64,000 nucleotides of DNA from Novosphingobium sp. (lineage in GTDB: Bacteria; Pseudomonadota; Alphaproteobacteria; Sphingomonadales; Sphingomonadaceae), in assembly GCA_031419035.1 (NCBI GenBank), contig JANOKC010000139.1, forward strand, positions 444 through 64,443, written 5' to 3'. The notes beneath the pieces were generated by a model. That model had not been told where the DNA came from, ran no database searches, and saw nothing but the letters and a program-made list of their open reading frames with translations. Shown here piece after piece: positions 27,979 through 37,727 of the stretch; position 1 is the stretch's first letter, and every line of letters begins with the position of its first letter. The translations under genes were made by a program, and so were the position numbers.

Positions 27979-30483
27979 ATGTCCCGTATCAGTCTAATGT
28001 GTGCCGCTTCGCTGGTTGCCTTGATCGCGGCTCCTGCTCAGGCGCAACAAGCCCCGCAGGCCGAAACCAGCACTGGGATCGAAGATATCGTCGTAACCGC
28101 GCAGCGCCGCAGCGAAAGTTCGCAGGACGTGCCGATTGCAATTACCGCCTTTACTGCCGAAACGATTGCGGCGCGGGGCATCTCCTCGGCGCTCGACGTT
28201 ACGCAATTCGTCCCCAATCTGGTTGGCCTGAACAATACCGGCCTTGGCACTGCCAATGCCTATTATCTGCGCGGAGTGGGCAATTCTGAATCAATCGCGA
28301 CCTTCGATCCGCCGATCGGCACCTATATCGATGACATTTACATCAGCCGCCAGAATGCCAACAACTTCAGCTTCTTTGATGTGGAACGGGTGGAAGTGCT
28401 GCGCGGGCCGCAGGGCACGCTGTTCGGGCGCAACACCACCGGCGGCGCGATCGCGGTTATTATGAAGCAGCCCGGCGATACAACCGGCGGTTTTGCCGAG
28501 ATCGGCTATGGCAGCTATGGTCGCAAGCTGGCGCGGGCTTCGGTCGATCTGCCCGTTTCGCCAAGCTGGGCTGTCAAGGTTTCGGGCTATTGGCAGGACG
28601 ACAACGGTTATGCCAAGAACACTGTTACCGGAGAACGGACCAACCAGAGCGACGGCTGGGGCCTGCGGCTGGGCGTTCGCGGCGAAATCTCTGACAATGT
28701 CAAATGGACCGGCAGCTACACCCATACATTCGCCGATGCCGCCAATCTGCTGAACTTTGATTGCAACCCGGCTGCGCCAGCCAATTGCGATGGCCGGTTT
28801 GTAACGACGGGCCTCAGGAAGGTGAACGACTTCGTCGGGCGCTTTACCGGTGCGAAGGATGATTACGGACTGGGCAACACCGCGCGGATGGATCTGTTCA
28901 GCTCCAATCTGGAGTTTGGGCTGGGTGAAAACGCCACGCTCAACCTGATCACCGGCTATGTTGATATGCGCCAGAAGTTCGCGCTTGATTTTGCCGATGG
29001 CCGCAGCCTGCCAAGCCTGAACGCGCCGGTGCCAGCGCAGCAGAACTATACGCTGGGCGGCTTCACCATCACCAACGATGGCAAGCACACCCAGTTCACC
29101 CAGGAATTGAAGCTGTCAGCCTCGCTGGGTGATGGACTGGCGGATATCGTTGGCGGGGTGTTCTACATCAACGAAAAGAACGACACCGATTTTGGCGATT
29201 TGTTCAATCTGGGTGGCCCTGGTCCGACAGGCTTCCCCTTCGTGCTGGCCGACCGCCGCCTCAAGAACAATACCGAAGCCTGGGCTGGATACGCGCAAGC
29301 AGATATCCACGTCACCGACCAGCTGACGCTGACAGCCGGGATCCGCTATACCGATGAAAAGAAAACTCTTTCAATCAGCGACAATCGCGCCAGCTGCAAC
29401 GACGGCACGATCGAGGCCACCTGCCTGGACACCAGCCGCTTGATCGCTGCCAATGGCGTGGCTATCCCGACCACGGTATCCACCAAGGTCTGGACCCCGC
29501 GCTTTGCGATCGATTTCCGGCCCAATGATGACTTTCTGCTTTTCATCAGCGCCACCAAAGGCTTCAAATCCGGCGGCTGGAATGCCCGCGCGACTGCGCC
29601 AAGCGAAGCATTGCCATTCGGGCCGGAAATCGCCTGGAGCTATGAAGCAGGCTTCAAGGCCGATCTGATGGACCGCAGGTTGCGGGTCAATTTGACCGCT
29701 TACTGGCTGGATATCAACGGGTTGCAGACCCCGTCCGCCTTTACCCGCGCCAATGGATCAATCGCCTTCATTACCCGCAACTTCGCGAACTACCGCAACA
29801 AAGGGCTTGAGCTGGAAGTAACGGCGAAACCTGCCGATGGCTTCAACCTGTTTGCGTCTGTGGGCTATGGCGATGACAGCTACCGGCTTGATCCCAATGC
29901 GCCGGCATTGGATGCCTTCGGGGTCGAAGCGGTTGCATCGCAGCTGGCGCGTTGCCGGACGCAGCTTGCTGCAGGACTGGTCGCAGGCGGACGTGATCCG
30001 GATGGCACTGGCCCGCTGCCAAGCAACAACGCCACCGCCTGCGGCGTGGGTATTGTTGCCCCCGGCGGCACGCTTTCAGAACCGGTTCGCAGCCCCGACT
30101 GGACCGTGGCAATCGGCGGCAGCTATGAAGCGCCGCTGGGCGGCGGACTGGCGCTGATCCCGTCGATCAATGCCAGCTGGCGCGCGGATAGCGAAACCGG
30201 CACCAGCCAGGTTAGCTTCTACAACCAAAGCTTTGTCAGCAGCCCGGCCGGGGTCAGCTATGCTTCCAACACCGCCGGGAACGGGGACTTCATCACTGGC
30301 TCGTTCAGTCCAGCCCGCTGGATCATGAACGCGTCGCTGACGCTCAAGAGCGAAAGCGGCTGGTCATTACTGGCCGAATGCAAAAACTGCTTCGATCAGG
30401 AATCGATCGAATCGACACTGGCCAATTACAGCTACCTCAATGCACCGCGGACTTGGACGATCCGAGCGAAATACGCCTTTTAA
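27979..30483 (+). CDS. TonB-dependent receptor 2
   Basis: Signal peptide, DIVVTAQRR, RVEVLRGPQGTLFGRN, KGFKSGG, C-terminal YAF. Confidence 0.95.
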   Translation: MSRISLMCAASLVALIAAPAQAQQAPQAETSTGIEDIVVTAQRRSESSQDVPIAITAFTAETIAARGISSALDVTQFVPNLVGLNNTGLGTANAYYLRGVGNSESIATFDPPIGTYIDDIYISRQNANNFSFFDVERVEVLRGPQGTLFGRNTTGGAIAVIMKQPGDTTGGFAEIGYGSYGRKLARASVDLPVSPSWAVKVSGYWQDDNGYAKNTVTGERTNQSDGWGLRLGVRGEISDNVKWTGSYTHTFADAANLLNFDCNPAAPANCDGRFVTTGLRKVNDFVGRFTGAKDDYGLGNTARMDLFSSNLEFGLGENATLNLITGYVDMRQKFALDFADGRSLPSLNAPVPAQQNYTLGGFTITNDGKHTQFTQELKLSASLGDGLADIVGGVFYINEKNDTDFGDLFNLGGPGPTGFPFVLADRRLKNNTEAWAGYAQADIHVTDQLTLTAGIRYTDEKKTLSISDNRASCNDGTIEATCLDTSRLIAANGVAIPTTVSTKVWTPRFAIDFRPNDDFLLFISATKGFKSGGWNARATAPSEALPFGPEIAWSYEAGFKADLMDRRLRVNLTAYWLDINGLQTPSAFTRANGSIAFITRNFANYRNKGLELEVTAKPADGFNLFASVGYGDDSYRLDPNAPALDAFGVEAVASQLARCRTQLAAGLVAGGRDPDGTGPLPSNNATACGVGIVAPGGTLSEPVRSPDWTVAIGGSYEAPLGGGLALIPSINASWRADSETGTSQVSFYNQSFVSSPAGVSYASNTAGNGDFITGSFSPARWIMNASLTLKSESGWSLLAECKNCFDQESIESTLANYSYLNAPRTWTIRAKYAF

Positions 30484-31511
30484 TGCGCGGTCCTGCCGCG
30501 GCGGCGGCCCTGATCTTTGCCGCCGCGGCAGACCCGCTCGCCCACGCCGGGAGCGCAGGTCTTCATGGGGTCGAGCCTTGGAGTGAAGCCGTAATCAGTG
30601 TTCGCAGCTTCGCTTCGATCACTGGCCTGCTCCGCGATGTTGGCCAGTGGCGGCGCTTGCAATTTGGGCGCGTGGCACCCGAGGAGCTGAGATATTGGCG
30701 ACTGCCAGCATCAGCAGGCGCCAGCTTTGAGCGGTGGTGTGCGCCTTTGGCAGATAGCGGCTGCGTGCGCTTGATCCGCTTTACCGGGGTCAGGCAGCGT
30801 CCAGTGCGGCTGGCCGCCAGAGCTTGGGATCACGGCGGGATTTACTCGATAATGGTGCGATCAGATAATGTCCCGGCATTGTTCGAGCAGGCCATCTCCG
30901 CTGGCTGGTGGGCAGAAAGCGAGCCAGTCCGTTTCACTTTTGGCACCTCAGACCTGCGCAATGTGGTTCTGACCGGACCCCACGGCATCAATATTGCGGT
31001 TTATGAACGGATCAGCCCTCGCTTCGATGGTTTTCCGGTCGGAAGAGTCAGCCAGGCGTTCAATTCGATGCGGATGGTAGCGAGCAAGCCTGCTGCGCGG
31101 AATTTCTATGAGCAGCAGCTGGGATTTGGCGTGCTGTTTGACGGCAACAGCGAACCAGCCGAACCGGCCCGCTCCAACTTTGGAATACCACTAAACTATA
31201 CACCCCAAATCAAGCGCAGCGCCGCAGCCCTGCAACCGGCTTCAGGTGAGACGGGCCGGGTCGAGGTGATGCAGATTGAGGGCTTCACCGGCACCAGCCA
31301 GTCAGCCCATGCGAGCCCTCCAAATCTGGGCATCACGTCGATCCGCTATCCCGTGACAGATCTGGCTGGTTACCGCGCAAGCATCATCGCCAAAGGGGTG
31401 CCGATTGCCTATGAGGGCAAGGCCATTCGAGTGGCTGGACTGGGTAAGGTGACCTTGTTCGCGGTTCGCGATCCCGATGGCAATCTGACTGAATTTTATC
31501 ATGCCGAATGA
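30483..31511 (+). CDS. Two-domain VOC/glyoxalase-fold protein, probably exported
   Basis: Ala-rich leader, RNFYEQQLGF, VRDPDGNLTEF. Start overlaps the receptor stop codon. Confidence 0.75.
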   Translation: MRGPAAAAALIFAAAADPLAHAGSAGLHGVEPWSEAVISVRSFASITGLLRDVGQWRRLQFGRVAPEELRYWRLPASAGASFERWCAPLADSGCVRLIRFTGVRQRPVRLAARAWDHGGIYSIMVRSDNVPALFEQAISAGWWAESEPVRFTFGTSDLRNVVLTGPHGINIAVYERISPRFDGFPVGRVSQAFNSMRMVASKPAARNFYEQQLGFGVLFDGNSEPAEPARSNFGIPLNYTPQIKRSAAALQPASGETGRVEVMQIEGFTGTSQSAHASPPNLGITSIRYPVTDLAGYRASIIAKGVPIAYEGKAIRVAGLGKVTLFAVRDPDGNLTEFYHAE

Positions 31512-31670
31512 ATTCCCGCCATTGCCCTTGCCAACACTGCGATTGGACCCAAGCCCGACAAGTTTCTGGCCAGTGACGAAGGGGATTTCCTTTACATCCG
31601 CGATCTGGTCGAAGACGCTATGAACCCGGTATGCGCGTTTTTTCCATGGACGGGAGCAGGTGTGGCATGA
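31501..31670 (+). pseudogene. Possible degraded gene remnant
   Basis: ATG at 31501 overlaps the VOC gene end. After a 1-nt shift, a coding-like frame IPAIALANTAIGPKPDKFLASDEGDFLYIRDLVEDAMNP... ends at a TGA overlapping the next ATG. Confidence 0.25.
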
Positions 31671-32905
31671 GTGGGACGCGGTCTGAATTTGCGATGGGCT
31701 GGAAAGTTCTGATCGCCGGGATGGTTGGCGTGGCTTGCGGTGCCTCGCCGCTGCCGTTCAACACGATCGGGTTTGTGATTGGGCCGATCCACGAGGAAAC
31801 CGGCTGGAGTTTTGCCCAGATCAGCGCCAGCGTGACCGTATTCGGCGTGGTCGCGGCTTTGCTCGCGCCGGTATTCGGGTCACTGGCAGACCGCCACGGG
31901 GTTCGCAAGGTTGCGCTGCTTTCAACCCTGGCATTCGGTATCGTCTTCGCCGCTGTTGGCGCTGTGCCGGCTTCGCTGTTCGCGTTCTACATGGTGTTCT
32001 TCCTGATGGGTCTGGTCGGAATCGGCTCCACTCCGGTTACCTGGAGCAGGGCGGTGAACATGTGGTTTTTCAAGAACCGTGGGTTGGCGCTGGGAATCCT
32101 GTTGATCGGCACCAGCATCGCTGCCTTGGTGGTTCCGCGCGTCGCGGTCTGGGCGATCGCCGAATATGGCTGGCGCGGCATGTATCCCATAGTCGCCGCC
32201 TTCCCGCTGTTGATTGCCTTGCCCGTCGCGTGGGTGTGGTTCCGCGAGCCAACGCTTGAGGAAACCCCGATTGAGATAACTTCTGGCGGCGGGCTTGCCG
32301 GGGTGACACTGGCCGAGGCGCTGCGAGACCGCCGCTTCTGGACGATCTGGCTGTCGATCGCCTGTGTCGCGCTGGCCTATGGCGGGGCGCATATCCACAT
32401 GCCCGAAATCATCAAGATGCACGGCATGACTGCAGCACAGGGCGCGGGGATCATGGGGATGATCGGGCTGGCGTTAATGGCCGGGCGGGTTGTCACCGGG
32501 TTCCTGCTGGACCGGATCTGGGCTCCGCTGGTCTGCCTGCCGATCCTGCTGATCCCGGCATTGGCCAGCTATTGGTTGATGGGCAGCGGCACCGAACAAC
32601 AGACGATCTATCTCGCAGCCTTCATGCTGGGCTTTGCGGCCGGCGCTGAAAGCGATCTGATTGCTTACCTTGCGAGCCGCTATTTCGGCATGGCCAACTA
32701 CGGCAAGATCTATGGGATGCTGTATATGCCGTTTGGCATTGCGTCAGCCGTCTCTCCGGTGCTCTATGGCCGGGTGCGCGATGTAACCGGTAATTACGAC
32801 GGGATGCTGTTCGCAGCGATGTTCCTGTTTGCAGGCGGAGCGGTTCTGCTGATCACATTGGGCCGTTATCCGGTGTTCGGCACCAAGCCTGAACCAGCAG
32901 CATGA
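31667..32905 (+). CDS. MFS transporter (OFA/monocarboxylate-like)
   Basis: GSLADRHGVRK, WFFKNRGLALG, YFG..NYGKIYG. Confidence 0.88.
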   Translation: MSGTRSEFAMGWKVLIAGMVGVACGASPLPFNTIGFVIGPIHEETGWSFAQISASVTVFGVVAALLAPVFGSLADRHGVRKVALLSTLAFGIVFAAVGAVPASLFAFYMVFFLMGLVGIGSTPVTWSRAVNMWFFKNRGLALGILLIGTSIAALVVPRVAVWAIAEYGWRGMYPIVAAFPLLIALPVAWVWFREPTLEETPIEITSGGGLAGVTLAEALRDRRFWTIWLSIACVALAYGGAHIHMPEIIKMHGMTAAQGAGIMGMIGLALMAGRVVTGFLLDRIWAPLVCLPILLIPALASYWLMGSGTEQQTIYLAAFMLGFAAGAESDLIAYLASRYFGMANYGKIYGMLYMPFGIASAVSPVLYGRVRDVTGNYDGMLFAAMFLFAGGAVLLITLGRYPVFGTKPEPAA

Positions 32906-34455
32906 GCGCTGCGGTTGCCCTTGATCCGCTGGCGATGCTGACAGGTCTGGTCGCATCCGGATCGCTGCTGACCGACGCGGCGAACCAAGAACTTTATCGC
33001 AACGATGTCTATTCCGCCGGCCCTGCCCCGCTTGCCGTATTCCGCCCAAATTCGGTTGACGAGCTGGCAGCCGGGATTGGCGCTGCCACTGGGTCCGGGA
33101 TCGCGATTGTCCCGCGCGGCGGGGGGATGAGCTATACCGGGGGTTATCTCTCCCCCACCCCGAACTTCATTTTGATCGATACCACCAGCCTTGACCGGAT
33201 CGTCGCGCTGGACGAGGCGGATATGACGGTGACGGTCGAATGCGGGATCAGCTGGGACGCGCTGCGCCGCTTTCTTCAGCCCAAGGGCCTGCGGGTCCGG
33301 GCCTGGGGAACGCTATCGGGGATCAACGCCACAGTGGGCGGCGGGATGAGCCAGAACGGCGTATTCTGGGGCGCAGGCGGCGGGACCGTGGCGGATAGCG
33401 CGCTAAGCTTTGATGTGGTGCTGGCCGATGGCAGCGTGGTTTCCACTGGCAGCAGCTTCTTCCGCCCCTTTGGCCCCGATCTGACTGGTTTGTTTGCCTC
33501 TGATTGCGGCGCGTTTGGCGTGAAAGCGCGGGCAACATTGCGGCTGGTGCGCGAAGGGGCTGGCCTGGCCTATGGCAGCTTTGCGTTTGACGATGCCGCG
33601 GGCGTTTTTGCCGGGATGAGCACGGTCGCGCGCGAGGGACTGGCGAGCGAGAACTTCGGCTTCGATCCGTTCCTGCAGGCCCAGCGGATGAAGCGCGATA
33701 GCCTGACCAGCGACGCCAAGAGCCTTATGACGATGATGAAGGCGCAAGGCTCATTGCTCAAAGGCCTCAAGGAGGGGGCCAAGGTTGCACTTGCTGGCCG
33801 AAGCTTCCTTGATGATGTGCCGTTCAGCCTTCACTGCATCGCCGAACGCCGCCGCGTGGGCGAGGCTGAGGCTGATATGGCCGAGATCACCCGGCTTGTT
33901 GAAGCTGCCGGGGGCCGCGCGATAGAGAATACGATCCCCAAGATATTGCGCGCCAACCCTTTTCCGCCGGTTAATTCGATGGTTGGCCCAGCAGGCGAAC
34001 GGTGGGTTCCGGTCCATGGGTTCCTGCCCCATTCGAAACTTGTCGAGGGGTGGGATGCGATCCAGGCGCTGTTTGCTGCCAATAGCGCTGAGATGGCGGC
34101 CAATGGCGTGCAGGCAGGAGCCATGATCGCCGCTGTCAGTCCGCAGGCCTGCCTGATCGAGCCGGTGTTTTTCTGGCCCGATGCGCTGAATCCGCTCCAC
34201 CGTCATGCCGTGGAACCAGCGCACCTCGCCAAGCTCAAGGGCTTTCCCGCCAATGCCGCCAGCACCGCGCTGGTGCACAGGCTGCGCGGCGCAGTGGTGG
34301 AATTGTTCCGCCAGCGCGGCGCGATCCATTTGCAGATCGCCCGGACCTATCCGCTCAAGACCAGCCATTCGAAGGCAGGCTGGGCGATGCTGGAGGCGCT
34401 CAAGCGGCAGGTCGATCCCCATGGCCTGATGAATCCGGGAAGCCTTGAATTATGA
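32902..34455 (+). CDS. FAD-linked oxidase/dehydrogenase (VAO/GlcD family), paralog 2
   Basis: PRGGGMSYTGG, GPDLTGLF..DCGAFG, GP.GERW.P.H, VDPHGLMNPG. Clear paralog of 9468. Confidence 0.9.
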   Translation: MSAAVALDPLAMLTGLVASGSLLTDAANQELYRNDVYSAGPAPLAVFRPNSVDELAAGIGAATGSGIAIVPRGGGMSYTGGYLSPTPNFILIDTTSLDRIVALDEADMTVTVECGISWDALRRFLQPKGLRVRAWGTLSGINATVGGGMSQNGVFWGAGGGTVADSALSFDVVLADGSVVSTGSSFFRPFGPDLTGLFASDCGAFGVKARATLRLVREGAGLAYGSFAFDDAAGVFAGMSTVAREGLASENFGFDPFLQAQRMKRDSLTSDAKSLMTMMKAQGSLLKGLKEGAKVALAGRSFLDDVPFSLHCIAERRRVGEAEADMAEITRLVEAAGGRAIENTIPKILRANPFPPVNSMVGPAGERWVPVHGFLPHSKLVEGWDAIQALFAANSAEMAANGVQAGAMIAAVSPQACLIEPVFFWPDALNPLHRHAVEPAHLAKLKGFPANAASTALVHRLRGAVVELFRQRGAIHLQIARTYPLKTSHSKAGWAMLEALKRQVDPHGLMNPGSLEL

Positions 34456-35582
34456 GTGCGCCGATCGTCCCCTATTCTGCTGTCGTCCCCTATTCTGCTG
34501 TCGCCCCCTATGCTGCTGTCGCCCCCTATGCTGCTGTCGCCCCCTATGCTGCTGTCGCCATGCAACTGATGGCCCGGTCGGTCGAAAACTGCGCCGATGA
34601 TACCGCCGCCCGTGTGCAAATCCTCGGCCATATCGGCGCAATCGAGGGGCAGATTCGCGGCGCTAGGATTTTCATCGAGCAGTTCACCGGGCGGCCGGTC
34701 AAGCTGGCGGTGCTGCCCGAATATCTGTTCACCAGCTATCCAGGCCGGGTCGGCATTCCCGAATTCGCTGCCCGCGCCGCTTTTGCCCAAAATGGCCCGG
34801 AGTATGCCGCGCTGGGCGCAGTGGCGCAGCGGCTGGGGCTGTTTCTGGCGGGCAATGCCTATGAAACCGATGCGCATTTCCCCGGCTTTTATTTCCAAAC
34901 CAGCTTTGTGATCGATCCAGCAGGCGATGTGGTGCTGCGCTATCGCCGGCTGCTGTCGATGTTTGCGCCCAGCCCGCATGATCTGTGGGATGCCTATCTC
35001 GATCACTATGGACTGGAAGGCGTTTTTCCGGTCGCCGATACCGCGATTGGCAAGCTAGCGGCCATCGCGTCGGAAGAAATTCTTTACCCCGAAATCGCCC
35101 GCGCTCATGCGTTTCGCGGGGCGGAGCTGTTCGTCCATTCCTCCAGTGAGATCGGATCGCCGCTGACCACCGCCAAGGATATCGCCAAGCGCGCCCGGGC
35201 GTGGGAGAATATGGCCTATGTCGTGTCGGCCAATACCGCCGGGATTTCCGGTGCAGCGCTGCCGCTGGCCAGCGCGGATGGCAACAGTCAGATCGTCGGT
35301 CCCAATGGCAAGGTGCTGGCCCAGTCTGGCGCGGGCGAGACTTTCACCGCCTTTGCCGAAATCGACATCGCCCATCTGCGCGAATTACGCCGGGTGCCCG
35401 CGATGACCAACAGCCTGGCCCGTCAGCGCCCGTCACTGTTCGCCGCCGCCTATGCTGGCGCACATGGTCAAGACGCCAATGCGATGCTGGCAGGCGGCGT
35501 TCCGCACGTGCCCGAGCGAGAGCATTTCCTGCGCGCCCAAGCAGTCGTGATCGAAAAACTGTCCAAAGCCGGAGTTATCTGA
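34452..35582 (+). CDS. Nitrilase/carbon-nitrogen hydrolase-fold protein with atypical triad
   Basis: LAVLPEY, YRRL, GVFPVADT.IG.L..IASEE, RA.EN..YVVSAN. Confidence 0.85.
   Translation: MSAPIVPYSAVVPYSAVAPYAAVAPYAAVAPYAAVAMQLMARSVENCADDTAARVQILGHIGAIEGQIRGARIFIEQFTGRPVKLAVLPEYLFTSYPGRVGIPEFAARAAFAQNGPEYAALGAVAQRLGLFLAGNAYETDAHFPGFYFQTSFVIDPAGDVVLRYRRLLSMFAPSPHDLWDAYLDHYGLEGVFPVADTAIGKLAAIASEEILYPEIARAHAFRGAELFVHSSSEIGSPLTTAKDIAKRARAWENMAYVVSANTAGISGAALPLASADGNSQIVGPNGKVLAQSGAGETFTAFAEIDIAHLRELRRVPAMTNSLARQRPSLFAAAYAGAHGQDANAMLAGGVPHVPEREHFLRAQAVVIEKLSKAGVI
34467..34556 (+). repeat. In-frame tandem repeat, 5 x 18 bp (GTCCCCTATTCTGCTGTC x2, GCCCCCTATGCTGCTGTC x3)
   Basis: Directly visible. Encodes (V/A)PY(S/A)AV x5 at the N-terminus of the nitrilase-fold protein. 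Confidence 0.95.
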
Positions 35583-36307
35583 TGAAGCACCGCACCGTAT
35601 CGGGGATAATCCGCTACACCTCGATGAAACCGGGAATGGAAGGGCAGGAACGCGGGCGGGAATGGTTCACATTCACCCACCACGGCGATGGCAGCGTTAT
35701 CATGCACGCATGCTGCGAGATTGAAGAGCCTGCGCCCACAGTGCTGCGCAACATCATCTATCACCTTGGCCCGGATATGGTGCCGCTCAATCTGCACGTT
35801 CATCTGACAATCGGCGATACCTTCATGGGATCAGGCTGGCTGCGCCATGACGATGTCGCCGGGATAATCGAATGCGAAAGCTTTGGCCCTTCGATCGGGC
35901 GCATCTCGCAAAAGGTTCAGGCGGGCGTATTCGATGCCTTTGGCACGCATCCGGTGGTTGGTGATGGTTATCTGGCCAGAAAGATGGATGTCAGCAAGGG
36001 CCCGCACCGGCGTTCAATGCGCTGCTTTCTGCCCTCGCCCGATCACCGCGGCGCGACCCCGCCGCTGATCGCCGAGGTCAACATCACGCTGGAATATGTC
36101 GGAGAGGAAGAGAAAACCGTTGCAGCCGGGACATTCGCATGCCGCCACTTCCGGTTTGTTGATGACAGTGCCGGGGGCATGGGCGGCAAGACCCATCCCG
36201 ATTATGATATCTGGGTGACCGCGGATGATGATTGCATCCTCGTCTATGGCACGATCGATGGTTATATGATGAACCGCTACGAGCTGGTAGAATTGGTACG
36301 GAACTAG
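35582..36307 (+). CDS. Hypothetical beta-rich protein
   Basis: ATG overlaps the upstream TGA. ERGREWF, VAAGTFACRHF and YELVEL segments. Operonic position. Confidence 0.75.
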   Translation: MKHRTVSGIIRYTSMKPGMEGQERGREWFTFTHHGDGSVIMHACCEIEEPAPTVLRNIIYHLGPDMVPLNLHVHLTIGDTFMGSGWLRHDDVAGIIECESFGPSIGRISQKVQAGVFDAFGTHPVVGDGYLARKMDVSKGPHRRSMRCFLPSPDHRGATPPLIAEVNITLEYVGEEEKTVAAGTFACRHFRFVDDSAGGMGGKTHPDYDIWVTADDDCILVYGTIDGYMMNRYELVELVRN

Positions 36308-36311
36308 CGCG

Positions 36312-37466
36312 ATGAAAGTTCTTATCATCGGCGCTGGGCTGGGCGGTCTTACAACTGCCATAGCCCTGCAACAGCAAGGCATTGAGGTTGAAGTTTTCGA
36401 GGCGGCGAACCGCTTGGAAGAAACTGGCGCAGGGCTGACATTGGGACGCGGCGCGCAACATGTGTTCCGGGATCTGGGCATCCAGGCCGATGTTGCCGCT
36501 GCAGCCTGCCCGGCTGGCATCCTGCCATTCCTGCATTACCGCACTGCTCGCATCATCATGGGCGCAATTGATCCGGGTGATGGTACGCCAGACGACGGGG
36601 TGGAAGACATTGTGCGCCACATCTATCGTGCAGACCTGCAAAAGGTGTTGCTGAAAGCCGCCGCAAAGCTGGGCGTTCCAATCCACACCGGATACCGGCT
36701 TGAAGCGTTCGAGAATGCGAGTTCGCATGTCACCGCCTGCTTCGCCAATGGGGTGAGAGCTGCCGGCGACGCGCTGATCGGTGCAGACGGAGTGCGCTCG
36801 GCAGTGCGGGCGCTGCTGTGGCCAGACGACGTCCCGCGCTACACCAATCATGTCGCCTATCGCTTTCTGGTTCCGATGTCACAAGCTGCGCCCCACATGA
36901 AGCTGGGCAGAAGCGCAATTTTCATGGGCCCCCAGCGGTCCTTCAACCGCTACACAATGTGCCAGGGCGCGGTGGTCAACTGCGCTGGTCTGGTCGAAAC
37001 CGCTGAGCAGGTGGCCGAGGGCTGGTCGATTGCCGCCAGCACTGCCGAGCTCGAAGCCGCTTTCGCTGGATGGCATGCCGATGTGCAAGGCATGATCGCG
37101 CAGGCCGGGGCGATCATCAAATGGGGCCTCTATGATCGAACCCCGCTGCACCAATGGGCGCGCGGGCGGGTAACGCTGCTGGGCGACGCTGCCCACGCCA
37201 TGCTGCCGTTTCTGGGCATGGGCGCAGCCATGGCAATCGAGGACGGCTGGGTGCTGGCCCGTGCATTTGCATTGGAGCCGCAGGCGCAGGCCGCGCTGGC
37301 CCGGTACGAAGCCGCACGGCACGCACGCACCGAACTGGTCCACGCCATGTCGAAGAAGCAGGGCGAACTGACTCAGGCGATCGATCCGGATACATTCGAA
37401 CCTGCATCCGCCCCGCTCGGCAATGACGAAATGATGGGCTTCAATCCGGTCGCGGCAGAAATCTAG
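36312..37466 (+). CDS. FAD-dependent monooxygenase (salicylate hydroxylase/NicC-like group A)
   Basis: GAGLGG, IGADGVRS, LLGDAAHAMLPFLGMGAAMAIEDG. Confidence 0.92.
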   Translation: MKVLIIGAGLGGLTTAIALQQQGIEVEVFEAANRLEETGAGLTLGRGAQHVFRDLGIQADVAAAACPAGILPFLHYRTARIIMGAIDPGDGTPDDGVEDIVRHIYRADLQKVLLKAAAKLGVPIHTGYRLEAFENASSHVTACFANGVRAAGDALIGADGVRSAVRALLWPDDVPRYTNHVAYRFLVPMSQAAPHMKLGRSAIFMGPQRSFNRYTMCQGAVVNCAGLVETAEQVAEGWSIAASTAELEAAFAGWHADVQGMIAQAGAIIKWGLYDRTPLHQWARGRVTLLGDAAHAMLPFLGMGAAMAIEDGWVLARAFALEPQAQAALARYEAARHARTELVHAMSKKQGELTQAIDPDTFEPASAPLGNDEMMGFNPVAAEI

Positions 37467-37478
37467 CGCGGGGTAATG

Positions 37479-37727
37479 CTAGGCTGCGCGCATCGGCTCG
37501 AACACCCGGTCAATAAAGGCCTTCATCGTCGCTTCGCGGTCCGCAGCCACGCCGTCCTTGTTCGCTTCAAGCGCCAGCAGCCGTTCCTCCTGAACCCATA
37601 CTTCCTGGGCAAGGTTCATTACCACGGCAACCAGCCGGTCAAGCCCCGGATCGGCGAAAAAACGGGCCCGCCCAGCCGCATCGTAAAGTTCGGGCGGGGC
37701 ATCCTCGGGGCGCAAATCATCTTTCAC
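37479..37727 (-). CDS. Small helical hypothetical protein, partner of methyltransferase paralog 2
   Basis: GTG start overlaps the upstream stop. GRARFFADPGLDRLVAVVMNLAQEVWV..ERL..LE resembles 9083 and 49262. Confidence 0.78.
   Translation of the reverse strand: MKDDLRPEDAPPELYDAAGRARFFADPGLDRLVAVVMNLAQEVWVQEERLLALEANKDGVAADREATMKAFIDRVFEPMRAA

Noticed and set aside
34467-34556. Short repeat array as a possible CRISPR
   Set aside because: Units are directly tandem with no spacers, 18 bp long, in frame within a CDS, and no cas genes are present.
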